Assembly (NCBI GenBank): GCA_000004985.1 | Contig: GG738926.1 | From: Naegleria gruberi | Taxonomy: Eukaryota | Reading direction: 5' to 3' (one strand) | Length of the DNA stretch: 64,000 nt | Part shown: one piece after another, positions 1 through 13,018 of the stretch | Numbering within the stretch: the first letter of the stretch is position 1 | Layout: every line of letters begins with the position of its first letter | Notes under the pieces: generated by a model | The model's input: the letters and a program-made list of their open reading frames with translations, nothing else | What the model was told of the DNA's origin: nothing | Databases searched by the model: none | Position numbers and translations under genes: made by a program

Positions 1-5
1 ATATT

Positions 6-3000
6 ATGAATAAGAAATTAAAAAATAGAATTGATTTAAAACATTTATTATTAATTAAATTAATTAAATTAATTAATAGATTAGGTGGTGAAATTCAAAT
101 TATGAAAGAATCAAATGAAAAGAAAAAAGATATGTTAAAACATATTGCTGTTTTATTACCTGCTGTTGCTACTTTAATTAAATCTATTAATAATAATAAT
201 AATAATAATTTAAATTTAAATAATAATAATAATTTAAATAATAATTTAAATTTATTTAGAATGATGTGGTTTTATATAATTATATTTAAATTTAATAATC
301 CAAATGAATTTAATGATGAAACATTTGAATCATGTCAAATTATTGGAATGAATGGTCCAATTTTATTAAATTCTAATATTCATACGTTTATGGAAATTAA
401 TAAGGAAATTGAAGTAATTTTAGATTCTAAAAATATATTACAAGAAGAAAAGACATATTTTACACAACAATTAGAATCTTATATTAATCATGGTAAAGAT
501 ATACTTGTTAATCCTTCCATTTTAAGACAATTAACAATTGAAGAAGTAATATTTTTAATTTCAATGTATAATTTAGAATTATTTAGAGCACGTTCAGGTC
601 AACCATTAAAACATTTATTAAATTATTTAGAACATTATAATATATTTACAAATATAGTAAATACAACATTACAATCATTATTAAGAAGAATATTTGAACA
701 ATGGTTATTAATTTATATTAAATCTCAACCTCAACAATCTCAATTACAATCACAATTACAATATCAACAATCACAATATCAACAATCAACANNNNNNNNN
801 NNNNNNNNNNNNNNNNNNNNNNNNNNNNNNNNNNNNNNNNNATTAGAAATACAATCTGCTTTATATCAAGGTAATGATAATGGTAAAACTACTTTTATCA
901 TTTCTGTTAAAATTAAAAAGAATTTTAATAATATGAATAATTTGAATAAGACTAGTCTATCTAGTATTGCTAATAATAATATGAATAATATGAATAATAT
1001 GAATATGAATAATAATAATAATGAAATGATTGAAGAAGAAGAATATGAAGAATATTATTTACCTGAAAATTATAGTGATAGATGTAAATTATTTGAATCA
1101 TTTAATAGATTTACATTATCATGGATTAGTAAATCAATGACAGTTGCACCTAATGTAACACAAACAGCACTTCAACATTATTTAATTAAATTCCAACAAT
1201 CAGATGTTTCATCATTAAGACATTTTGGTTATACATTTGCTGTTTATTTATCAACACCTATTGAACATTTACAAGCAGTTGGAAGTAATATTTTATTAAA
1301 AAGTGATAAGAGAGGTTTTTCAATTCTATCACAAGATCAAGTTTCATTAACTCAATCCATTTCTGTAATGTCTTTTAGTTCTGGTCAAGCTAATTCTTTA
1401 AAATTAATGTTAGGTAAACGTTCTGCTGAATCAATGATTATTAATCAATTATCTAATTTAATGAAATTATATAATAATAATAATATGAATATGAATAATA
1501 CTAGTAATAATATGAATATGAATAATACTAGTAATAATGTTAAATTTTATGAACAATTATCAGATACAATGAAATTAGCAACAGCATTTGTATTAAGTGA
1601 AAATACATTAATAATATCATTATTACAATGGATAGTATGGTTACCTGTTTATATATTTACAAAAGAATCAATGGATATTGCTATTTATTGTTGGAATTGG
1701 ATTGCATCTGTTAAATCTAATGATTTTAATATTCCATTATTATCTGAAATTTCAAATGCATGGCAATTTACTATTCAAAAAGGATATGGTTTATTTAGTG
1801 GTCATCATGAAAAAGATGAAGCTGTTGAATTAGCTGTTCAATCTAATAATCAATCTAATACTACTACTAATACTAGTACTAATAATAATACTACTAATAA
1901 TAATACTAGTAATAATCAAACCAATCAATTCAATCAAACCAATCAAACATTTAATAATGTATCAGAATTTAAAGTATATTTAAATTCTAATTCTAATAAT
2001 ATAGAAAATAAGAAAGATACCTATCCACATCGTATTTGGATCAATTATTTATCAGAGAGATATCAAAGTGGTGGATTATTAAATGAAGCTATTGTTGATA
2101 TTTATTTAAAAATGTTATTAAGATCAGTTGAAAATATTAATAGATTAAGTAAATCACATTCATCATTAGGTACAAGATTTAGATTATCAAATTTATCATT
2201 ACAAGTATCTAGAAGTGTAATTGATTTACAATTTTATGATTATATTCCAAATGCAACTATATTACAACATCGTACATTTGCTGCTTTATTAAATTGGTTT
2301 ACATTACATCCAACTTGGTATAATCCAGGTTCTAATCATATTGTACAAGATGATTTGAAAGTATTAGCAGATGTTAAAAAGAGAATTAAAAGAGAACAAT
2401 CTGAATTGAATCGTTATCAATCTATTAATATTAATGATTCTCAAATTGGTTTAACAAATAATACTTCATCTAATGCAATTTTAGATTCAGATAATATTAG
2501 TATTAGTGGTATGAGTGTTAGAACTAGTTCACGTTCTGTTGGTTTTTCTATTAAAGCCATTTCATCAAGTCAATTATTATCTTCTACTAATACTGATAAT
2601 CAAGATTTTGATACAAGTATTTCACTTCATCCTCATACTACTGGTACTACTAATACTACTGGAGCTAGTACTACTACGTGGTGGTGGTGGTGGTGGTGGT
2701 GGCAGTGCTACTAATGGTACTACTACTAATAATTCTAATAATACTTCTAATAATAATAATAGAACAAGTAGATCTGATACACGTACAATTGTCTATTCAA
2801 CATCAGGAGTAGATGCAATATTAGATGTATTATTATTATTAATATCACATGAATATGATAGAATGATAATTTGGAATGAACCACAAAAATTAATATTAAC
2901 AGAAGATTATACAAAAATATCTTTAAATAAGTGGAAGATATTTATATCAACAGCATGGAGTTTTTCACCTAAATTAGCAATTAAAATGCATGTTAGATTT

Positions 3001-4965
3001 CCATTTGATATTATTAGAGATGAATTAGAAAAATTAGTTAAAAAATATCCACTTGATTCTATTCATATACCAGAAGCAACAGAATATTTAATTAATGAAT
3101 TAAATTGTAAAATGAATAGTAATGAATTGAATCATTTATTAATATGGTCAACATGTACATTATCAATGTCATTAAGATATTTAAACAAACCATTTATATC
3201 AAATTTAAATGTACAACAATATGCTATTAGAACATTACGTAAATTTTCACCTGAAGCTATTGTTTTTTATTTACCACAAATTGTACAATGTCTGAGACAT
3301 GATTATAATCATTTATTGAAAAGATTTATTATTTCTATTGTTAAAAATTCAGTCATGTTTACACATCAATTAATTTGGACTTTAAGAACTGAAATTGTTG
3401 AATCTAATCATTTAACATTAGAAGAATTACAAGAAATTAAATTACAAGAATTTGAATTGAGTGATATTTTAAAACCATTCTATATTGATGTTATTAAAGC
3501 ATTTGATTCTAATCAAATTAGATTATATAAAGAGGAATTTCACTTTTTTGATAAAATTACTAAAATATCAGGTTTATTAGTACCTGTTGAAAAAGATAAA
3601 AGACAAGAACGTTTAATTGAATATATGAAAGATATTAAACCATCATTTAATTTATACACTCCTACCAATACTCAATTCAGTATTACTGGTATGGATTATT
3701 TAGCTTCTAAAACTTTAAAATCTGCTAAAAAAGTTCCAATTTTAATTCCATTCTATGTTAAACAGAGACCATTAGGTTTTGATATTGGTGAGGATGTTAA
3801 TATGAATCAAAATAATATGAATGGTAATATGAATAATATGAATGGTAATATGAATGGTAATAATATGAATAATACTACTCAAAATAATCAAAATAATATA
3901 AAATTACCATGTATATTTAAAGCAGGAGATGATTGTAGACATGATCAATTAGCATTACAAATAATATCCATGTTTCAAAGAGTTTATGAAAGAATTGAAT
4001 TACCACTCTATTTATTCCCATATAGAGTAATTACAACAGGTAGAGGATTAGGTATTATTGAATGTGTACCTAATAGTAAATCTAGACATCAAATTGGTGA
4101 TTCTATTAATGCAGGTGATAATTTATATAATTATTTTATTAGAAAGTATGGTAATGTACATACTGTTGAATTCCAAAGAGCTAGAATGAATTTTATACAT
4201 TCAATGGCTGCTTATTCAATTGTATCATTTATTCTATCTATAAAAGATAGACATAATGGTAATATCATGTTAGATGAAGATGGACATGTTATTCATATTG
4301 ATTTTGGTTTTATATTTGATATATTGCCGGGTGGTAAATTTGGTATTGAACAAGTTGTACCTTTCAAATTAACAACTGAAATGTTAGCTTTAATGGGTGA
4401 AGAACAAGCAATTGAAGAATCTAGAAAGAAAGATCCATCTCAATTACCAGGTAATTCATCATCATCATCTTCAAGAGGTAATAATGGTGGTATGAGTAGT
4501 GTGAGTGGTATGAGTAGTTCAATTACCAATAATACTATTGCATCAACATCTAATAATATTACTAGTACTAGTGGTGGTGGTAAATCTAAAGTATCTATTA
4601 AAGATACAAATTTAGATTCTAAATCTAATCCATCAAATGTAAATGTCAATTCAGAATTAGATTCAGATACTAATGAACATTCAGAACCCTATAATTTATT
4701 TGTTGATTTAATGATTAGAGGATATTTAGCAGCACGTGATCATATGGATTCAATTATTGCTATTAGTGAAGTGATGGTACAATCTGGATTACCATGTTTT
4801 GCTAAGGAAGATTCAATTGAACGTTTAAAACAACGTTTATGTGCTGGTAAATCAGAGAGAGAAGCTATTTTATTTATCAAACAAAAAATTAAGGCTTCCT
4901 ATCAAAATGTTTTCTCTGTCATTTATGATGTTTATCAAGAAAAAGTTGAAGGTGTTAATAGATAA
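6..4965 (+). CDS. Phosphatidylinositol 4-kinase type III alpha (Stt4/PI4KA-like). 5' end probably lies upstream of the window. Contains a 49-N gap and a +1 frame change inside the (TGG)8 run near 2680-2700.
   Basis: C-terminal PI3K/PI4K catalytic signature (KAGDDCRHDQLALQIISMFQ..., LDEDGHVIHIDFGFIFDILPGG). Long helical N-terminal region with Asn-rich inserts. ORF 6..2714 (frame 1) continues as ORF 2515..4965 (frame 2) only after the TGG repeat. Confidence 0.8.
792..840. other. Assembly gap (49 N) inside the PI4K coding region
   Basis: Run of N characters. Confidence 0.99.
2679..2702 (+). repeat. (TGG)8 trinucleotide microsatellite inside a CDS. It reads poly-Trp in frame 1 and poly-Gly in frame 2, and is the site of the frame change.
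   Basis: tggtggtggtggtggtggtggtgg seen directly. Sensible coding sequence before it is in frame 1 and after it in frame 2. Confidence 0.9.
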
Positions 4966-5056
4966 ACTTTTTATTTCTTACCTTTATTATTTCTTACTTT
5001 TTATTCCTTCATTTTGGTCAGTCAGTTAGGAAAATGAATGTATACAATGAAAAATG

Positions 5057-7380
5057 NNNNNNNNNNNNNNNNNNNNNNNNNNNNNNNNNNNNNNNNNNNN
5101 NNNNNNNNNNNNNNNNNNNNNNNNNNNNNNNNNNNNNNNNNNNNNNNNNNNNNNNNNNNNNNNNNNNNNNNNNNNNNNNNNNNNNNNNNNNNNNNNNNNN
5201 NNNNNNNNNNNNNNNNNNNNNNNNNNNNNNNNNNNNNNNNNNNNNNNNNNNNNNNNNNNNNNNNNNNNNNNNNNNNNNNNNNNNNNNNNNNNNNNNNNNN
5301 NNNNNNNNNNNNNNNNNNNNNNNNNNNNNNNNNNNNNNNNNNNNNNNNNNNNNNNNNNNNNNNNNNNNNNNNNNNNNNNNNNNNNNNNNNNNNNNNNNNN
5401 NNNNNNNNNNNNNNNNNNNNNNNNNNNNNNNNNNNNNNNNNNNNNNNNNNNNNNNNNNNNNNNNNNNNNNNNNNNNNNNNNNNNNNNNNNNNNNNNNNNN
5501 NNNNNNNNNNNNNNNNNNNNNNNNNNNNNNNNNNNNNNNNNNNNNNNNNNNNNNNNNNNNNNNNNNNNNNNNNNNNNNNNNNNNNNNNNNNNNNNNNNNN
5601 NNNNNNNNNNNNNNNNNNNNNNNNNNNNNNNNNNNNNNNNNNNNNNNNNNNNNNNNNNNNNNNNNNNNNNNNNNNNNNNNNNNNNNNNNNNNNNNNNNNN
5701 NNNNNNNNNNNNNNNNNNNNNNNNNNNNNNNNNNNNNNNNNNNNNNNNNNNNNNNNNNNNNNNNNNNNNNNNNNNNNNNNNNNNNNNNNNNNNNNNNNNN
5801 NNNNNNNNNNNNNNNNNNNNNNNNNNNNNNNNNNNNNNNNNNNNNNNNNNNNNNNNNNNNNNNNNNNNNNNNNNNNNNNNNNNNNNNNNNNNNNNNNNNN
5901 NNNNNNNNNNNNNNNNNNNNNNNNNNNNNNNNNNNNNNNNNNNNNNNNNNNNNNNNNNNNNNNNNNNNNNNNNNNNNNNNNNNNNNNNNNNNNNNNNNNN
6001 NNNNNNNNNNNNNNNNNNNNNNNNNNNNNNNNNNNNNNNNNNNNNNNNNNNNNNNNNNNNNNNNNNNNNNNNNNNNNNNNNNNNNNNNNNNNNNNNNNNN
6101 NNNNNNNNNNNNNNNNNNNNNNNNNNNNNNNNNNNNNNNNNNNNNNNNNNNNNNNNNNNNNNNNNNNNNNNNNNNNNNNNNNNNNNNNNNNNNNNNNNNN
6201 NNNNNNNNNNNNNNNNNNNNNNNNNNNNNNNNNNNNNNNNNNNNNNNNNNNNNNNNNNNNNNNNNNNNNNNNNNNNNNNNNNNNNNNNNNNNNNNNNNNN
6301 NNNNNNNNNNNNNNNNNNNNNNNNNNNNNNNNNNNNNNNNNNNNNNNNNNNNNNNNNNNNNNNNNNNNNNNNNNNNNNNNNNNNNNNNNNNNNNNNNNNN
6401 NNNNNNNNNNNNNNNNNNNNNNNNNNNNNNNNNNNNNNNNNNNNNNNNNNNNNNNNNNNNNNNNNNNNNNNNNNNNNNNNNNNNNNNNNNNNNNNNNNNN
6501 NNNNNNNNNNNNNNNNNNNNNNNNNNNNNNNNNNNNNNNNNNNNNNNNNNNNNNNNNNNNNNNNNNNNNNNNNNNNNNNNNNNNNNNNNNNNNNNNNNNN
6601 NNNNNNNNNNNNNNNNNNNNNNNNNNNNNNNNNNNNNNNNNNNNNNNNNNNNNNNNNNNNNNNNNNNNNNNNNNNNNNNNNNNNNNNNNNNNNNNNNNNN
6701 NNNNNNNNNNNNNNNNNNNNNNNNNNNNNNNNNNNNNNNNNNNNNNNNNNNNNNNNNNNNNNNNNNNNNNNNNNNNNNNNNNNNNNNNNNNNNNNNNNNN
6801 NNNNNNNNNNNNNNNNNNNNNNNNNNNNNNNNNNNNNNNNNNNNNNNNNNNNNNNNNNNNNNNNNNNNNNNNNNNNNNNNNNNNNNNNNNNNNNNNNNNN
6901 NNNNNNNNNNNNNNNNNNNNNNNNNNNNNNNNNNNNNNNNNNNNNNNNNNNNNNNNNNNNNNNNNNNNNNNNNNNNNNNNNNNNNNNNNNNNNNNNNNNN
7001 NNNNNNNNNNNNNNNNNNNNNNNNNNNNNNNNNNNNNNNNNNNNNNNNNNNNNNNNNNNNNNNNNNNNNNNNNNNNNNNNNNNNNNNNNNNNNNNNNNNN
7101 NNNNNNNNNNNNNNNNNNNNNNNNNNNNNNNNNNNNNNNNNNNNNNNNNNNNNNNNNNNNNNNNNNNNNNNNNNNNNNNNNNNNNNNNNNNNNNNNNNNN
7201 NNNNNNNNNNNNNNNNNNNNNNNNNNNNNNNNNNNNNNNNNNNNNNNNNNNNNNNNNNNNNNNNNNNNNNNNNNNNNNNNNNNNNNNNNNNNNNNNNNNN
7301 NNNNNNNNNNNNNNNNNNNNNNNNNNNNNNNNNNNNNNNNNNNNNNNNNNNNNNNNNNNNNNNNNNNNNNNNNNNNNNNN
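5057..7380. other. Large assembly gap (about 2.3 kb of N)
   Basis: Run of N characters. The X-filled ORFs across it are artefacts. Confidence 0.99.
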
Positions 7381-8900
7381 ACAGAACAATATGTGTCAAC
7401 ATGATTTATTAATAGACATCCGTGGAACAACCATTTTATTATGTTTTATTCATCTTCAACTTTTCATGTTGTTTTGCGACGTATCTGATGATGAAATTAT
7501 TATGTTATCACCAACAAGAGGTGTCGTCAAAAACACCTACGTTGAAGTTGTAAATCATACGGACGTTCCGAAGTTTGGTGGAAAGAGACCTAATATGATG
7601 GAGGTTCAATTTAATGTTGGTAAATTTGATGGAACATGTAGTAAATATCCCATGATTTCTACGCCATACTGATAACTTGTAATACCAGACTGTAATCGAA
7701 TTGTTTCCTGTTAACGTTACCTAAGAGCTGTAACACTACGAGCATCAGATGTAATGTATGCATGTTGCTGTCTCGTTATTATAGTCATTGGTTGTAGTCA
7801 GAAAACAATAACGTAAGTCTAAATATCAAATATAACTTACGATTTTCCGAATCATGGTACCTGTGCGATGTAAACACATCATTAGTAAAATATGTAGCTG
7901 TGTTAGAAAATGGAGCTTGTTACTGTGTATTTTATTGAAACCTGAGTTACTCTTTAGAGTTTTCTGACTTGTTCAGACATCTATATCTTTCTATGATTCT
8001 AAATACTGAGTATTAGCTCCGTGGTACACAATTGAATAATGGAAGTATTATGATGCAAAGAGCTTCCTATTCTTAGCGTAAGTACATAACAGCATGGTAG
8101 CAGTGAAAATTATAATCATAAGATCCTACTGTAAATATGAAGTACGTATTACTGTACTTCTCCTAAATGATTCAAGTTTCATAATAAATAGATGGTGTCC
8201 CTTGTAATTCCAATTCAATTCTTTACAAGTTGAAATACCTCTCTTTTTTGAAGACAGTTAGTTCCACGACAGTGATGTATACCATTACGAGTTCTCTCCT
8301 TAATGTTGGTAGAAATGACACCTTCTGCAGCAGGTTATTCAATTTCGTATAACAAGAACTCTTTATATATTCAATAAATCTGTTATGATTAGGATCTACA
8401 CTATTGCCGTGTTGGTTAAAACGCCAATCGTAAGACATTAAGGTTCCTATAGAATATGACTACGTATTTTTCATAAACTTCGCAGTTTCCTAGAGAGTAA
8501 ATACTATTACCTATCACTTTCAATCTTTCAATATTAAATTAGTATTTTAATTTTGCGTCGCAATAGTTACATTGTGAATCAAAGAGAGATCAACTATTTA
8601 TCCTATTGCTCCAGTAAATATGAAGAGTTACAAATACTGAACTTGAAAAAGTACTTGAACTTAATATCCTTATTAGATTCATTTTATCATTTATTTGGAA
8701 AGGTTGTTCATGATAAAATTTATATTGTACAAAGGTTCACCGCCCTTTTGCTACACAATATAACACATTAGATAGACTAGACTGCAAATATTGTGTGTGT
8801 GCAATAGTGTTGTGATGTTGGTGGTGATGAACCTTAATAGAGATACAATATATCTCAACAACAAACTATTACTTGAACAACAATAAAAAAAACAAACAAA

Positions 8901-9353
8901 ATGATTAAGGCTACAACTATTATTGCTAGTTTACTTATTATTGTATTGTGTACACAATATACAATGGCACAAACATGTAAGATTGGTACCTTGTTTAATC
9001 AATCACCTAAACAATGTACAGATTGTACAACATGTACAGGTGCAAATCCAACATGTGCTACTAGAAGTGATGATCTTGAAGTTTCTTCTAACTTGATTTT
9101 ATTAACAGGTGATTGTAGGGTTGTTGGTATTGAACAAGCATGTTCTCGATATGATCCAAAGAATCAAAAATATGTTAATAATGATGGTTCATATAGAATT
9201 TGTAAGGCTTGGTGTGAAAAGAGAAAATCAACATGTAATGATCCAACTGATTGTTCAAATTATCCTACTACTGATTGTTGGAATAATTCTAATACTATGG
9301 TATTAAGTATGGGTACTTTTATTTTAATTCTCATTTCTATTCTTTTATTTTAA
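8901..9353 (+). CDS. Small secreted Cys-rich protein with N-terminal signal peptide and C-terminal hydrophobic GPI-anchor-like tail (ponticulin-like class). Paralog of 54356..54844.
   Basis: MIKATTIIASLLIIVLCTQYTMAQTCK... signal peptide. About 14 Cys. Motifs C-T-T-C-T-G and S-N-Y-P-T-T-D-C-W-N are shared with the 54.4 kb paralog. Terminal LSMGTFILILISILLF hydrophobic tail. Confidence 0.55.
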   Translation: MIKATTIIASLLIIVLCTQYTMAQTCKIGTLFNQSPKQCTDCTTCTGANPTCATRSDDLEVSSNLILLTGDCRVVGIEQACSRYDPKNQKYVNNDGSYRICKAWCEKRKSTCNDPTDCSNYPTTDCWNNSNTMVLSMGTFILILISILLF

Positions 9354-9431
9354 ATAAATAATTGTATTAATATTGTATATTTAATATTACAATTTAATAG
9401 TATTACAAATAATCCAATCTCCAATAATTGA

Positions 9432-9944
9432 ATCCAATCACTTTTATCAGTTGAAGTAATTGATATTTATTCTAAAAATATTAAATGATTACCATATGAA
9501 AATCATTTAAGTGAATGTAATTTACAAAATAATAATTTAATTAAAAAGAGGAACAGTTCAATAGATAATATTTCATATAATCAACAATTAAATTCACCTA
9601 ATCAATTTATTAAGAATAATAATTTTAATAATTTATTAAATATTAATAATAATAATAACTTTAATTTAGAAATTAATAATGAAAATTCACCTAATGAAAG
9701 TATTGATTGTCAATCAATGTTAAAAAGTGTGAATTCAAATTATTCAAATTTATCTTCATTATCAAATAATTTAATGAATCCAATTTCAATTTCTAATTTT
9801 AATTCTAATATTATTATAGAAAATATAATTAATAATTTAAACACTTTAGTTTATTAAACATATAATACAACATTCAATTAATTGAAAAAATCATCTAGGA
9901 AAATTATTAGATCTTCAATTTCATTTAGAGAATTATTAAATTAA
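9432..9944 (+). pseudogene. Decayed member of the AT-hook/'SISIKDLLN' family: one reading frame with three in-frame stops and no AT-hook
   Basis: One frame reads ...LLSVEVIDIYSKNIK*LPYENHLSECN...(Asn-rich)...TLVY*TYNTTFN*LKKSSRKIIRSSISFRELLN*. It retains the family's N-terminal (SxVE, IDIY), LPYEN and C-terminal IIRxSISxxxLLN-stop motifs. Stops at 9486, 9855 and 9879. Confidence 0.5.
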
Positions 9945-10396
9945 TTTGTAAATAGTAATTTCTATTTTGAAATTTTAATAATTCATCATGGACATTGATT
10001 TATTGTAATAATGATTGTAAATAAATAAGGTATCAATGTCCATGAATTTTATAGAAATTACAATTATTTATAAATGGAAAGTAATATTTTCAATGTTATA
10101 GATAATGACATTTCAAAGACATTTGGGAGTATCAACTTCCAAACATTATTAATGTGGTGATCATTTTCAACATTTTTATTCGAATCATGAAATAGACAAG
10201 ATGAATACCTACCATTTATGGCAAGTAAGATACTTTGTATTGCCGGCAATTGATTGAAAATGGCCCAATAGTACCATTTAATAACAATACATTCCCATTT
10301 GTGTTATCATGTTTATAAAACTTTTCATTTAAATAGGCGTTGGAGAGAAAACTCACTATATTAAAAAAACAACTCAACAAGCCTTTGAAATAGCCT

Positions 10397-11014
10397 TTGA
10401 TGATAACTTACCACAAATTCTCGTTAGTTGAATTTTCACCACCTCTTCAACAATCTAATAATGCTAATATTCCATCAATTGATATTTATCATGCAACCTC
10501 AACTAACATGAAATATTCCACCACCACCACCAAAACAATCACAACACAACAATTACCTAAAAGAAGAGGTAGACCATGTACTAGACGAATTGATCCATCT
10601 ATACCACTCATGACAATTACCAGAACTGAAATTATTTCAAATTCAATTGAACAACAACAATCAAATAATCTTGAAAAATTACTTCCCTATGAAAATCATA
10701 CAACCATTCAACCTCTGAAATCCAAAACCTTAACTAATTCCAATATTAATAAGAGAAAGAGATCTTCAAGTAATTCAACAATTACTAATAATACTTCATA
10801 TAATAACATTGATTGTATTCATCAACCATTGGAAAAGAAAAGTAAATTAATTGAAGATTATATTGAATCCAATGATGCAACATCACCACAACTTGCATTG
10901 CTATCAAAGCCAAACCATCAACAAAGGAGTAGTAGTGATATAAAGGGAGTAATTTCACCTCCAAATAGAAAAATTATTAGGACATCCATTTCAATCAAAG
11001 ACTTATTAAATTGA
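10397..11014 (+). CDS. Family member A: small low-complexity putative DNA-binding protein with AT-hook (KRRGRPCTRR) and conserved C-terminal IIRTSISIKDLLN
   Basis: MMITYHKFSLVEFSPP... N-terminus. RGRP AT-hook. MTITRTEI and LLPYENH motifs. The tail is identical in pattern to the paralogs at 12.6, 13.8 and 30.3 kb. Confidence 0.6.
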   Translation: MMITYHKFSLVEFSPPLQQSNNANIPSIDIYHATSTNMKYSTTTTKTITTQQLPKRRGRPCTRRIDPSIPLMTITRTEIISNSIEQQQSNNLEKLLPYENHTTIQPLKSKTLTNSNINKRKRSSSNSTITNNTSYNNIDCIHQPLEKKSKLIEDYIESNDATSPQLALLSKPNHQQRSSSDIKGVISPPNRKIIRTSISIKDLLN

Positions 11015-12595
11015 TAATATAGATGTGAGTCAATTATTTTCATTCTCATACAAATGAGGCCCGGGGACAAGTAAAAAATATATCGTTGGGGACAGCCCAT
11101 AATTAAAAATAACCAGGGTACAATTATCTGGTTGATAGAGTTGGTGAATTGTTGATTCAATTCTTAACTAAAACTACCAATGTTGCACCAATGAACAGAG
11201 TACATAGGATAGAGTAGTATGATACTTTTTGTTTTTTTGAATTTCCTTTAATGTTGGTGAGGAATGATAATTGTTAGTAAAAGAAAATTAGCTCTTTTAG
11301 CGTTGTTTTTACTTGAAAATTAGAAGAAATATTGATAATTAATAAAGAAAAAGTTGAAACTCAGAAGAGAATCATAACCCGTAAGCTCTTGTGCTCGTAT
11401 TGGCACTTTACATTTCGGAAGATAGTTTTAGGATTAACAAACAACCCTAAAATTACAAAGAAATCAATACGAAACTGAAATCCTGTTGTAAATCAGGAAA
11501 CCAACACAATCAGTGGTGGTATTATATCAATTTAATAACATTTTGATCGCACCCTTGTTGTATGAAGTAGTTTTTGAGAATACAAAATGATACTCAAAAA
11601 AGGCGAGCTGATTATCTCATCAACCAAAGAGAATCAACATCTAACAAATCAGAATCCTAACCCCATACAATTTTACTATAATTTTTGTGGTCTTTCTTGT
11701 AAAGTAATATTTGACTTTTCTATACCCAAATATTTTCCATCTGTCCGCAACAACATATTCTTTATTAGTCCCCAGGCCTCAATGGATATTTTGATTTGCA
11801 GGTGATTTCGGTAAATTTGTAATTGAAGCCTTAAAGACCAAGAGAAGAATCATGTATTAATAATAGGTGAATTTTAAGTCCGTTAAATTTTAAGACGTTA
11901 AACATGTAGAACATCAATAAGGGAATTATTAAATTAATAATTTTAATTATTACCATTTATAAATAAGAAATATGCCAGATGAAAATTTTAAGGATTTGGC
12001 AATTATTGAATAAAGACTTGATGTTATTTGAAAGGATTTCAAAGTTGGCTCATTCTTCAGCTAATTATCAAAAGATTGTTGTTTGATTTCTTCTTTAAAA
12101 CACAAAAAAGTTGTTTTTCCAATCATTTGTGAAGCCAATCTCCAGACGTGGCTAATAATTTATTCAAAACGAGGCCAATGAACATATTTGAATACTTTTA
12201 TACAAAGTGATGTAAGATAATCCGAGTGATAGGTATCATATCAATTAATCATTTTCGACACATGCCTAAATTGAAACTGATTACATTGATGTTTTAAAAT
12301 GGAACAATACAATCAATAGGTTCAAATGTCTATTTATCTCACATTAATGTGATTATACTTTTAGATTTGTTCTTCATGATATGTAGTTGAACAATGTCAT
12401 AAATGCCATTTAAAGGCCTTTAAAAATGTGATGTAAATGATCTCGGTGATGGAGATGAGAATCAACTTGTCAATAATAGTACCTTGTTCTATATTAATAC
12501 GTCATATTGTCTCGATTGGTCTTTACATCCCTCCCACAATTCAATGTTCTAAAGGTTTTATCAAGGTCAACAATCTAATTAAAAAAAGAAACAAA

Positions 12596-13018
12596 ATGTT
12601 CTACAACAAAATTTCAATGGTTGAATTTGCAAAGCCTTCAAATAATTCCAACTCTAAAATAACAAAGAAACAACACAATAATGTCCAAGTAAAAGTAACA
12701 CGTATTGAAACCAATGATATCAATCCACAAATATGTAAATTACAACCCTATGAAAGTCAATTCTACATTCAAAAACCAATTAAAAGAAATAAGAAACCAG
12801 ACGAAACTAGGAAACCTTCACAAATGAATAATACCACTATCATTACATCACCACCTCCACCACAATCAACACTACCAACAATATCATCAACATTATGTGA
12901 GTTAAATCATGTTGATGGTAGTGATTATCAAATGACTGTTAATAATAATCAAATAATGACTCAAGCAAAGAGACCAATTATAAGGACATCAATTTCAATA
13001 AACGAACTATTAAATTAA
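12596..13018 (+). CDS. Family member B (ORF 12437..13018; probable start at Met 12596, MFYNKISMVEFAKP). Lacks a clean RGRP but keeps the VTRIETN, LQPYES and IIRTSISINELLN motifs.
   Basis: Motif-by-motif correspondence with members A, C and D. AAAAATG start context at 12591-12598. Confidence 0.55.
   Translation: MFYNKISMVEFAKPSNNSNSKITKKQHNNVQVKVTRIETNDINPQICKLQPYESQFYIQKPIKRNKKPDETRKPSQMNNTTIITSPPPPQSTLPTISSTLCELNHVDGSDYQMTVNNNQIMTQAKRPIIRTSISINELLN

Noticed and set aside
2679-2702. Poly-tryptophan (W8) tract at the end of ORF 6..2714
   Set aside because: It is produced by reading the (TGG)8 run in the wrong frame after a probable indel. The alternative frame gives a plausible poly-Gly linker.
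5018-7672. Six long ORFs (787-872 aa) on both strands consisting almost entirely of X
   Set aside because: They are translations of the N-filled assembly gap, not genes.
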